Of a DNA stretch of 16,031 bases, positions 7,388-13,955 are shown piece after piece. The stretch lies in IMG/VR virus record IMGVR_UViG_3300045988_092906, positions 1-16,031 of that record. One strand, 5' to 3'. Within the stretch, counting starts at the first letter, position 1; every line of letters starts with the position of its first letter. The translations under genes were made by a program, and so were the position numbers. The notes under the pieces were generated by a model. That model was not told the DNA's origin. It did no database searches and saw nothing but the letters and a program-made list of their open reading frames with translations. This DNA comes from a virus.

Positions 7388-7669
7388 TTATTCTGTTTTA
7401 CCATCAAAGTCCAAATCTTCGACAGTAATTTTTTCTTCTTTTTCGTCTTTCTTTTCTTCTCCGTCTGCATTAGTGGCGGATTCTTTCATGCGCTCTTTAA
7501 AGCGTTTTTTGTACTCACTTTCTAATTTCATATACTTGTCTTTCCATTCGCTGTCCGTTTCTCCACTTCTTTCGCTATCATAATTCTGTAAGAACTCAAT
7601 AGCGTCTCCGTGCTCCTCAACGTCTGCTACAGCGTCAATTAATTCGTTTAAAGCTTCATTAAAATCCAT
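7388..7669 (-). CDS. Scaffolding protein (phi29 gp7-like), 93 aa
   Basis: Small, acidic and helical, immediately upstream of the capsid gene. The C-terminal KITVEDLDFDGK resembles gp7 TITIEDLEAK. RBS AGGAGGAAT. Confidence 0.7.
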   Translation of the reverse strand: MDFNEALNELIDAVADVEEHGDAIEFLQNYDSERSGETDSEWKDKYMKLESEYKKRFKERMKESATNADGEEKKDEKEEKITVEDLDFDGKTE

Positions 7670-7711
7670 TCAGATTCCTCCTTTTTATTTATTACCCTTT
7701 TTACAGTTTCT

Positions 7712-7740
7712 ATTATATCACCATGGAAAGAAAAAGTAAA
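7712..7740 (-). promoter_or_regulatory. Candidate promoter for the structural (late) operon
   Basis: On the minus strand: TTTACT (7740-7735), 17-nt spacer, TGaTATAAT (7720-7712). It overlaps the tail-lysin stop codon, 43 nt upstream of the scaffold start. Confidence 0.45.
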
Positions 7741-8725
7741 GTGGCATTTTTCTTTTTCTTGAATGTGGGTGTATTGGGTACGGTGATAATGTTTGTAAGT
7801 AGGCATACCATTTTAACGCATTCTTTTTTCTTTCCTCTTCTTTTTCAACGCCTGCACGCTCGAAATTTTTTAAAAACACGGACGCGAGATAATCGGGTTC
7901 TTTTGTGGACTTTCGAAACTCTTCCCATGATATCGGATATTTCGTGGTCTCTATCCACTGTCCACTACTTGCTGTTTCTTCATCAAGCCAAACGCATTGA
8001 TAATACCCGTCTGTGATATCATAACCATGAGCGTTCGCCCAGTCTGTATAGTTTGTTGCGGGTGTCCATTGCACAAGACCATATCCACCATCATAGTTTC
8101 CCTCTTTTAATGACTGCCACAATCCAGGGTTGATATTAGATTCTATCTCTATATTCCCCAACATTCCTGCAATTGCATTTAATGTAAAATCTTTAAAAAA
8201 CATCGTGCTATAAAAAACATAGGCGTTATTTTTCATTTCATCTTCTGTAAGATATCTATTTCCATGTATCCATTCAAGGGGCATTCCTGCACTATCACCG
8301 TACCGATATAGTTTTGCCCATGCAGACGGTTTGGAAACGTAAGTATTAATGCTAACTTGTTCGGGCAAAGGATAGCGCCCACTATGTGCCCCCATAGTGA
8401 TACCACCCTGTCCTGCTCCTTCCCCTTGATACACCATTTCCGTATGACCACTTCTCCAAACGATATCCCCAGCCTGCCACGCTTCATTAATATCAATTTC
8501 TTTAAATCCTGCTTGTAATAGATACCCCTCTTCTGTTCTTGTTGTAAACCAAGGATTAACTGCAAAAAATCCGCCCTCTGTCAACGCTTTTGAAATAAAA
8601 GAGCTACAATCATAATAAGTAATACCGTTTACGGTCTGTCCGTACCGATATGCTTGTGAGTAACCGATATTTGGCGCATTACATGCATTTATCGCCCATT
8701 GGTATGATATATTAATATTTGGCAT
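7718..8725 (-). CDS. Tail-associated peptidoglycan hydrolase, 335 aa: N-terminal NlpC/P60- or CHAP-type peptidase plus a C-terminal phi29 gp13-type lysozyme domain
   Basis: The C-half [51 protein letters not shown] matches my recollection of the gp13 N-domain ([51 protein letters not shown]). The N-half has [12 protein letters not shown] ... [14 protein letters not shown], a Cys/His peptidase signature. Confidence 0.8.
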   Translation of the reverse strand: [335 protein letters not shown]

Positions 8726-8740
8726 TTCTTGTCACCTCAC

Positions 8741-8782
8741 AAAAAATGTTTCACGTGAAACATTTGTATTCACGTGAAACAC
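8741..8782 (-). terminator. Paired palindrome copies (full 8744-8765, degenerate 8769-8781) forming a hairpin plus U-tract after the endolysin gene
   Basis: Minus-strand RNA is GUGUUUCACGUG-13 nt-CACGUGAAACAU followed by UUUUU. That gives a 12-bp stem with one G-U pair. Alternatively it is two adjacent protein-binding sites. It lies 8 nt after the endolysin stop and directly before the tail-lysin RBS. Confidence 0.4.
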
Positions 8783-8789
8783 CTCATAA

Positions 8790-9641
8790 TTATTTTGTCG
8801 AATTTTTTTCGTACGTTTCTACGTCTGAACAAACCGCCTGCAAAATGCGTAAATCCCAAGGCGCTATATTATTGAATTCATAACAAGGTATATTGCGACC
8901 TGTACTGTCTAAATGAATCTTTTTTAAGATTTCAAGACACGCACCATCTTTAATGAGTCTGACTTTATCCCCATTGAACCAATACCAGTTACCACTTTCC
9001 GTATCTTTAAATAATGCATTCATACAATTAATACCCCCAATCATATTATTTATGATGTCATTAAATTCGCTTTTATATGTATAGTCTTTATACACATGGT
9101 TTACATCACATCTCCCGTTGATACCATCAACTCGCCCGTTACTGCTATACTGCCAAATATCAACGCCATTCATGCCTAATGAGTTTGAATATCGAGCAAT
9201 CCACAAATCATACCCCCATGTTTCGCCGATGTATTTCTCAAACCATGATTTACTGGCATAAATTCCTGCTTTATACCCATTAGTGTGCATCGCATCGCAA
9301 AAGCGCTTTGCGTTGTATTTTGCGACATATTGAGTGCCTTTTTCTTCGCTGTCAAAAAATACTGGTAGGGTAGGGTTATGTCCGTTTAGCAATCTAAGAC
9401 AGTGGTTAATCTCGCCCTCAATATTTGCTTTTGTTTTTGCGTATGAATAGAAATACACGCCATACGCTATAGACAGTCTTTCACATTCACGAACATTTCT
9501 TTCCCATTGTTCATCATCTTGTGATGTCTTATCTTGTCCATATCCGCATCTGATTATCACATAATCAACAGCGTTCTTTAACTTTTCAAAATCAACAACA
9601 CCATTGTGATAAGAAATATCAACAGCCTTTTTTACACACAT
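8790..9641 (-). CDS. Endolysin, GH25 muramidase N-domain plus an unassigned C-terminal (probably wall-binding) domain, 283 aa
   Basis: The N-terminus is typical of GH25 lysozymes: VDISYHNGVVDFEKLKNAVDYVIIRCGYG ... FDSEE ... LWIARY ... WQYSS. It follows the holin gene with a 1-nt TAATG overlap. Confidence 0.75.
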   Translation of the reverse strand: MCVKKAVDISYHNGVVDFEKLKNAVDYVIIRCGYGQDKTSQDDEQWERNVRECERLSIAYGVYFYSYAKTKANIEGEINHCLRLLNGHNPTLPVFFDSEEKGTQYVAKYNAKRFCDAMHTNGYKAGIYASKSWFEKYIGETWGYDLWIARYSNSLGMNGVDIWQYSSNGRVDGINGRCDVNHVYKDYTYKSEFNDIINNMIGGINCMNALFKDTESGNWYWFNGDKVRLIKDGACLEILKKIHLDSTGRNIPCYEFNNIAPWDLRILQAVCSDVETYEKNSTK

Positions 9642-9868
9642 TACTCTCCCTCCTTTTTCTGCTCAAATGTATCACAAATACGTTGAAGCGCAAGCGTGTT
9701 ATTGTTCAACGCTTCTGTAATATCTGCCATTTCCTGCTTATGTGCTTCATTCAGCTTGTCTAAGCGTTCATCGTTTTTATCTTCGCGATATTTCACGTAC
9801 CACATTGAAGCTATCGCAACAACTGTAGGAATGCCTAACGTGTTAATCATTGTCATGATTTCCTGCAT
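9641..9868 (-). CDS. Holin-like protein (BhlA/UviB-like architecture), 75 aa from the ATG at 9868
   Basis: One N-terminal TM segment (LGIPTVVAIASMWYV) is followed by a charged coiled-coil tail. It sits directly upstream of the endolysin and is coupled to it. RBS AAAGGAGGTGG precedes the ATG at 9868. The longer track ORF (to 9910) would run through the candidate promoter and has no RBS. Confidence 0.55.
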   Translation of the reverse strand: MQEIMTMINTLGIPTVVAIASMWYVKYREDKNDERLDKLNEAHKQEMADITEALNNNTLALQRICDTFEQKKEGE

Positions 9869-9888
9869 GATACCACCTCCTTTTTTAT

Positions 9889-9917
9889 ATAATAACACAT
9901 ATAAACACATTTGTAAA
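9889..9917 (-). promoter_or_regulatory. Candidate promoter of the lysis cassette
   Basis: On the minus strand: TTTACA (9917-9912), 17-nt spacer, TGtTATTAT (9897-9889). The holin RBS begins about 10 nt downstream of the -10, and the palindrome array abuts the -35. Confidence 0.5.
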
Positions 9918-9918
9918 T

Positions 9919-9956
9919 AAAAAATGTTTCACGTGAAACATTTTCACGTGAAACAT
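9919..9956 (-). terminator. Paired overlapping palindrome copies (24-bp perfect palindrome 9921-9944 plus partial 9942-9956) forming a hairpin plus U-tract
   Basis: Minus-strand RNA is AUGUUUCACGUG-AAAAUGUUU-CACGUGAAACAU followed by UUUUUAUUU. That gives a 12-bp perfect stem. It is positioned to end the transcript from the 10076-10104 promoter, and could equally be a tandem operator upstream of the holin promoter. Confidence 0.45.
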
Positions 9957-10069
9957 AATGCACGTTACAAAATAATCAAATCAAAGGGGACGCAAAACCA
10001 AAAATTGATATCAGACTACTTGTCTATGTGCGTGTATATCAATTACAATGTTCGTATTATTTTGGGTGC
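9957..10069 (-). ncRNA. Candidate structured non-coding RNA (pRNA-like?) next to the packaging ATPase gene
   Basis: A consensus promoter lies immediately upstream, and there is no RBS-preceded ORF. The predicted 5' end pairs with the 3' end. Plus-strand 10066-10070 GTGCA pairs with 9959-9963 TGCAC, and 10056-10064 ATTATTTTG pairs with 9968-9976 CAAAATAAT. There is an internal 9-bp hairpin (10003-10011 with 10036-10044). A terminator-like element follows at 9919-9956. Confidence 0.4.
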
Positions 10070-10075
10070 AATATT

Positions 10076-10104
10076 ATTATATCAAAGATATCTTAAATTG
10101 TCAA
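10076..10104 (-). promoter_or_regulatory. Consensus sigma-A-type promoter driving the ORF-free region
   Basis: On the minus strand: TTGACA (10104-10099), exactly 17 nt, TGaTATAAT (10084-10076). This is the best consensus match in the window. The -35 overlaps the palindrome at 10103-10122 by 2 nt. Confidence 0.7.
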
Positions 10105-10122
10105 TGTTTCACGTGAAACATT
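10103..10122. repeat. Copy of the conserved palindrome AATGTTTCACGTGAAACATT
   Basis: Perfect 20-bp palindrome. It overlaps the ATPase stop codon (10121-10123) on one side and the -35 of the downstream promoter on the other. Confidence 0.9.
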
Positions 10123-11167
10123 AAAAAGATATAACATCAAATATCATATCCTTACATTCTAAATTTTCAAATAATAGTAATCCTCTATTAAAATATTCGC
10201 GTAACATTGCTACAATATAATGCGTTGAGTTTACACGAATTGCCGTATTATCTATTACGTCGTTTTTTGTAAAACATATTCGTGTAGGGAAACTTTCGTC
10301 TGCCCCTGTTGCTATATACATAAAAGTGTCATATTTTCTTGCGTTATACATTTTCTCGTTAAATCTGATTGTACAAATATAACGTGATTGTCCTGTTGGT
10401 TTTCCAATTAAACAATCATTATCATTTAGATATTTATTTTCGCTCGCATATTCGTTATAAGATGCGCCTTGAAATGCTCGTGCAATGCCACTTTCCTTAT
10501 AGGCTGTTGAAGCATTTTCATTATAGGTTCGCTCAAATACCCAACCATCACCGCGCAATATTTTAGTGTTATATTTTAACATTTTATTGATGCCAAATAC
10601 ACTATAGTATGGGTTTAACAACGAGACGGTATTTGAAGCCATATATAGCATAACTCTACGATGTTGCTTCCCGTGTCCTGCACTAATAGTCGTAAGCAAA
10701 GATAAAAGCTTATTTACCTCATTCGTTAAATATACGTTATCCTCATCTTGATATTCGTCAAAAAATACAGAACGAATATTTACGAACAACCCACGCATTT
10801 TTTTATATTTTCTCGCAACGGATAAGGCTAAACAATATCCGCATGGCTCTTCGTTTAGAAATAGTTGAATCAATGAACCATTCATCAAACTCTTTTCAGT
10901 CATAACATACCCGTCAAATTTTTCAGATATATCGCCAAAATATGTGTCGGCACAATTCTTCATATCAACTACATTTCTATATAGATATATAAATTGGTTT
11001 TCGGGTCTATATTTATCTTTCAAAAAATCGGACACTTGTCTGCACTTGATAGAATAACTTTTGCCTGCCGTTCTATTCCCGTCAACAATATAAATATCGG
11101 GAATATTCCCATTTTTATCTTTTAAAGTTAATAATCTATCACAATGATAATAGCCATCATTTTTCAT
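10121..11167 (-). CDS. DNA packaging (encapsidation) ATPase, phi29 gp16-like, 348 aa from the ATG at 11167
   Basis: Walker A is GNRTAGKSY (gp16 GARGIGKSY) and Walker B is VFFDEY (gp16 IVFDEF). QFIYLYR parallels QFIYVRR, LTNEVNKLLSLL parallels IPNEVSALLNLM, and ASNTVSLLNPYY parallels LSNAVSVVNPYF. RBS TAGGAGGTG lies upstream of the ATG at 11167. Confidence 0.85.
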   Translation of the reverse strand: MKNDGYYHCDRLLTLKDKNGNIPDIYIVDGNRTAGKSYSIKCRQVSDFLKDKYRPENQFIYLYRNVVDMKNCADTYFGDISEKFDGYVMTEKSLMNGSLIQLFLNEEPCGYCLALSVARKYKKMRGLFVNIRSVFFDEYQDEDNVYLTNEVNKLLSLLTTISAGHGKQHRRVMLYMASNTVSLLNPYYSVFGINKMLKYNTKILRGDGWVFERTYNENASTAYKESGIARAFQGASYNEYASENKYLNDNDCLIGKPTGQSRYICTIRFNEKMYNARKYDTFMYIATGADESFPTRICFTKNDVIDNTAIRVNSTHYIVAMLREYFNRGLLLFENLECKDMIFDVISF

Positions 11168-11180
11168 TTTAACACCTCCT

Positions 11181-11200
11181 AATGTTTCACGTGAAACATT
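11181..11200. repeat. Copy of the conserved palindrome AATGTTTCACGTGAAACATT, abutting the ATPase RBS
   Basis: Perfect 20-bp palindrome located between the terminator (11208-11236) and AGGAGGTG (11179-11172). Confidence 0.9.
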
Positions 11201-11207
11201 TTTTATT

Positions 11208-11236
11208 AAAAAGTAGGGGTAGCATATTGCCACCCC
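11208..11236 (-). terminator. Intrinsic terminator after the p5-like gene
   Basis: Minus-strand RNA is GGGGUGGCA-AUA-UGCUACCCC (9-bp stem including one G-U pair) followed by UACUUUUU. On the plus strand the same position is an A-C mismatch, so the hairpin favours the minus strand. Confidence 0.55.
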
Positions 11237-11276
11237 CATTAAGAAATAGAGAATAAAACTTTCTCGCGTCGTTATA

Positions 11277-11627
11277 TTATAAAGTTGATACGTCCAAGGT
11301 GCAATTAATATAATCGCGTCCTGCTTTTGTCTTTCCGCTGATTTTAATGATAGAAAACTTTTCACCCTCCATCACATTTTCAATATCTTTCAATGACTGT
11401 CTAAATGTAGCAGACTGACCCGAATATACTTTTTTCTCTGGTGTGATAATACTCACAATTTCCTGCACATCGCCCTTATCCTTAATATCATCAAAGATAA
11501 TATATCCATCGACTGGGATTGATGCCCCGTCCTCAATGTTTTTTAAAGGCTCAATATCTGGTGCTGTAGTCATAAGATACTTCTCAACCTTTGTAAACTC
11601 TCTGCTCATTTCTTTAATTTCTACCAT
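11277..11627 (-). CDS. Putative single-stranded DNA-binding protein (phi29 p5-like), 116 aa
   Basis: RBS CAGGAGGTA. The size and position are as expected for p5. The pattern similarity to my recollection of p5 is loose: IVSIITPEKKVYSGQSATF vs VTTIFAADGSLYSAISKTV, and FSIIKISGKTKAGRDYINCTL vs FKVKVVQGTSSKGNVFFSLQL. This needs an HMM check. Confidence 0.4.
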   Translation of the reverse strand: MVEIKEMSREFTKVEKYLMTTAPDIEPLKNIEDGASIPVDGYIIFDDIKDKGDVQEIVSIITPEKKVYSGQSATFRQSLKDIENVMEGEKFSIIKISGKTKAGRDYINCTLDVSTL

Positions 11628-11651
11628 AATAATTTACCTCCTGTTTTCCTG

Positions 11652-11951
11652 CTAATCTTCCTTTTTCATTTCCTGTAATTCTGCTTCGGTGACAATTTTC
11701 TCGCTCTTAACATCTGAATTTAATAAGAACTGTTCATCTGTCATGACACGTTTTTCCAGTTTAAACTTGATATCAAGAATGGAAACAATATCGCCTTTGT
11801 GCTGTTTTTCAATCAAGATTTCTGCCTTTTCCCTTGTCTTGCAATTTGCTATTTTCTCATCAAAGCAATCTTTCTTGATTTCGCCTGTCTCCTTGTCCTT
11901 GTAAATTCTTTCAACAGATACTTCTGCCGTTACTAATGTCCTCGTAAACAT
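11652..11951 (-). CDS. Putative dsDNA-binding / histone-like early protein (phi29 p6-like), 99 aa
   Basis: RBS GGAGGAAAAAAG. It is small with an acidic C-terminal tail and precedes the p5-like gene, as gene 6 precedes gene 5 in phi29. Any sequence resemblance is weak (LVTAEVSVERI vs ITKTTVNVAKM). Confidence 0.3.
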   Translation of the reverse strand: MFTRTLVTAEVSVERIYKDKETGEIKKDCFDEKIANCKTREKAEILIEKQHKGDIVSILDIKFKLEKRVMTDEQFLLNSDVKSEKIVTEAELQEMKKED

Positions 11952-12022
11952 CTTTTTTCCTCCTTTTTTCTGCTTTCTTTGAGTGTGAATTGCAATGTAA
12001 TATGTTTATTTATTACACTATT

Positions 12023-12051
12023 ATAATAACACAACGACTAAATATAGTCAA
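12023..12051 (-). promoter_or_regulatory. Candidate promoter for the p6-like/p5-like gene pair
   Basis: On the minus strand: TTGACT (12051-12046), 17-nt spacer, TGtTATTAT (12031-12023). It starts 3 nt after the polymerase stop codon, in a 103-bp intergenic gap. Confidence 0.6.
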
Positions 12052-12054
12052 GTA

Positions 12055-13941
12055 TTATATTATAATTTTTTTATCTTTTTGTTCATGGATATTAAAGTCT
12101 TTATTTCTTAATACAATACCACCTTTCACGCGCTCTGCTTTCAAATTACAAGTTTCCATACTAAGACCAGTGGATAATTCTGAGATATCTCTCCCATCTT
12201 CCACAAACTTTCTTTTCGCTTGACTACTCATTCCACAAGCTTTTATATCAAGATAAGGTTCACAAGGCACATGATTCTCTTCAACAATATGTTCTGCATA
12301 AGTCTTTTGCCTTTCATAATAAGCAAAATCAAATGTACTTTCACATTTCCAACAACAAAAATTAGTAGGGTGTTCCACAACTTTATTCGCTTTATCAAGA
12401 CCTATCAAATGAATAGAATCAGTGTCGGCATAGCAAAATCGGTCATAATTAGCCATTGCGTGACGAATTGTAAAATTCATGGCATATGATGTAATAGCAC
12501 TCCCGATAGGGATATACCCTACTTTCTTATTATGCTCTTCATGTAGAATAAATCTAATAATTCCATCTTCATCAAGATAAGGCTCTTTATACGAGGAATT
12601 ATCAGACATAGCAAATTTGCCATAAAGATTATTTAAAAAGAGTTTAGCTTTTTGTCTTTTAAAGCCTTTTGATGTTCTTTTTTCTTCTCCGTATTTATTT
12701 ATATAATCGTCAAAAAACCCTTGTCTCGCGTAGAACCACACGTAATCATATATAACCAAATCAAAAATATCATAAGTTTCTTGAAATAATTCCCAATCAG
12801 TACAAGTCATTGTTATAGTAATATTAGTATCATGCATTTGTCCATCAATATCACGATAATATCTATAATATTCACCCTTATATCTGACATTAGAACTATA
12901 TAAATTTTCATTCGCCTTATATAATGCGTTATGTCTAATATGTAACCATGGAAATGCCCCTGCTTTTAACTGAAATCTACAATTGAAGCGGATAAAAAAA
13001 TATTTATTAGTAGAGCTTATAAGTTCATTAGGTGGCGCTCCCCTATGATATTCGCCATGTCCAAATGGGTATTTATTCCCACTAATACTATGCATCATAG
13101 ACGGGTACAAAGAGTTTACATCATATACCAAACCATTGCTCACCACCATGTGTGCATATCTTGGATTGACATAGCACCAACCACCGTGATATGATTTATG
13201 AATATAATCCCACTGATTCCACGATTCTGTAATAGATTCGTCAAGATAATCTTCTCTAATATCGGGGAATAACTTATCATATTGTTTACCATCATAAAAA
13301 CCTTTAAATTCTGATAAACAACATGAGCCTATGGTTAATTTATCATGCTTTTCATTAAACATCATTTCTAATGCTTCTTTTAAAACTAATACGTCATTTT
13401 CAATATATTTCTTTTCATTTTCTGATATCTCACAATAAGCATATCTTTCGCCCTCATAATTCATATCAAGCTTTTGGTGCTTCGTCCCAAATGATTTCCC
13501 GATATTTTTTAATGATGATGGCATAAGCTTTAAAGAATTTCGGATTTCTAAAAAAGTCTTATTCCATTTTAATTTAAGCCAATACCACGACCCCATATCT
13601 GATATACATGTTTGAAATTCTTTTGACCTCATTTCCTTGTCTTTACAATGTACCCATGTCCACCCCTCTTTTAACAGAAAATCTACTATAAAAGAACCGT
13701 CAAAAGCTAAGTTATGAAAATATAATATATTATTACCTTTCATAGTTAAAAATCTATTTAAAAAATCTCTTATCGAATGTGTGATTGTTACTGTCTCAGT
13801 ATCATCATATAAAGCCACGTCAGCGCCCGACCAAACTTCTGTAGTATCTTGTTTTTTATGATTTTCTTGCTCTACTTTTTCGCCCCATACTGTTGTCTCA
13901 AAATCACAAGCCCAAAAAGTGATATTCTTTTTACGTGGCAT
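12055..13941 (-). CDS. Protein-primed family-B DNA polymerase (phi29 gp2-like), 628 aa
   Basis: All signature motifs are visible: ExoI ACDFETT, ExoII HNLAFDGSFI, SLKLMP (S/TLx2h), ExoIII YIENDVLVL, motif A VYDVNSLYPS, motif B KAKLFLNNLYGKF, motif C YADTDSIHL and KxY RQKTYAE. It is colinear with phi29 DNAP as I recall it. I prefer the ATG at 13941 (RBS AGAGGTG 6 nt upstream) over the GTG at 13950, which lies within that RBS. Confidence 0.95.
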   Translation of the reverse strand: MPRKKNITFWACDFETTVWGEKVEQENHKKQDTTEVWSGADVALYDDTETVTITHSIRDFLNRFLTMKGNNILYFHNLAFDGSFIVDFLLKEGWTWVHCKDKEMRSKEFQTCISDMGSWYWLKLKWNKTFLEIRNSLKLMPSSLKNIGKSFGTKHQKLDMNYEGERYAYCEISENEKKYIENDVLVLKEALEMMFNEKHDKLTIGSCCLSEFKGFYDGKQYDKLFPDIREDYLDESITESWNQWDYIHKSYHGGWCYVNPRYAHMVVSNGLVYDVNSLYPSMMHSISGNKYPFGHGEYHRGAPPNELISSTNKYFFIRFNCRFQLKAGAFPWLHIRHNALYKANENLYSSNVRYKGEYYRYYRDIDGQMHDTNITITMTCTDWELFQETYDIFDLVIYDYVWFYARQGFFDDYINKYGEEKRTSKGFKRQKAKLFLNNLYGKFAMSDNSSYKEPYLDEDGIIRFILHEEHNKKVGYIPIGSAITSYAMNFTIRHAMANYDRFCYADTDSIHLIGLDKANKVVEHPTNFCCWKCESTFDFAYYERQKTYAEHIVEENHVPCEPYLDIKACGMSSQAKRKFVEDGRDISELSTGLSMETCNLKAERVKGGIVLRNKDFNIHEQKDKKIII

Positions 13942-13955
13942 TATAATCACCTCTT

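Noticed and set aside
9924-10124. 66-aa plus-strand ORF that starts MFHVKHFHVKH and ends MFHVKH
   Set aside because: Its start and end are simply the palindrome read as codons (ATG TTT CAC GTG AAA CAT reads the same on both strands). It has no RBS and is the only plus-strand ORF in a minus-strand region. It also spans a consensus minus-strand promoter. I treat it as non-coding.
8744-11200. Repeated 18-mer as a CRISPR array
   Set aside because: The repeats are perfect palindromes scattered 150-1100 bp apart between genes, not regularly spaced with short unique spacers. There are no cas genes.
11168-11365. N-terminal 66-aa extension of the ATPase ORF (track ORF 10121-11365)
   Set aside because: The extension runs through the terminator hairpin and the palindrome and overlaps the upstream gene. 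The ATG at 11167 has a strong RBS (AGGAGGTG), and similarity to gp16 starts after it.
1422-12489. Antisense or nested track ORFs at 1422-1790, 2786-3091, 3594-3866, 3700-3891, 5068-5283, 5113-5319, 7723-8016, 8233-8565, 9696-9920, 10369-10566, 11443-11655, 11689-11904, 11990-12223 and 12220-12489
   Set aside because: All lie inside or opposite longer ORFs that have RBSs and recognisable phage-protein motifs. None has a convincing RBS, and their compositions are typical of AT-rich antisense frames.
13942-13950. GTG start at 13950 for the DNA polymerase (MIIMPRKK...)
   Set aside because: That GTG is part of the AGAGGTG Shine-Dalgarno sequence. The ATG at 13941 is correctly spaced from it.
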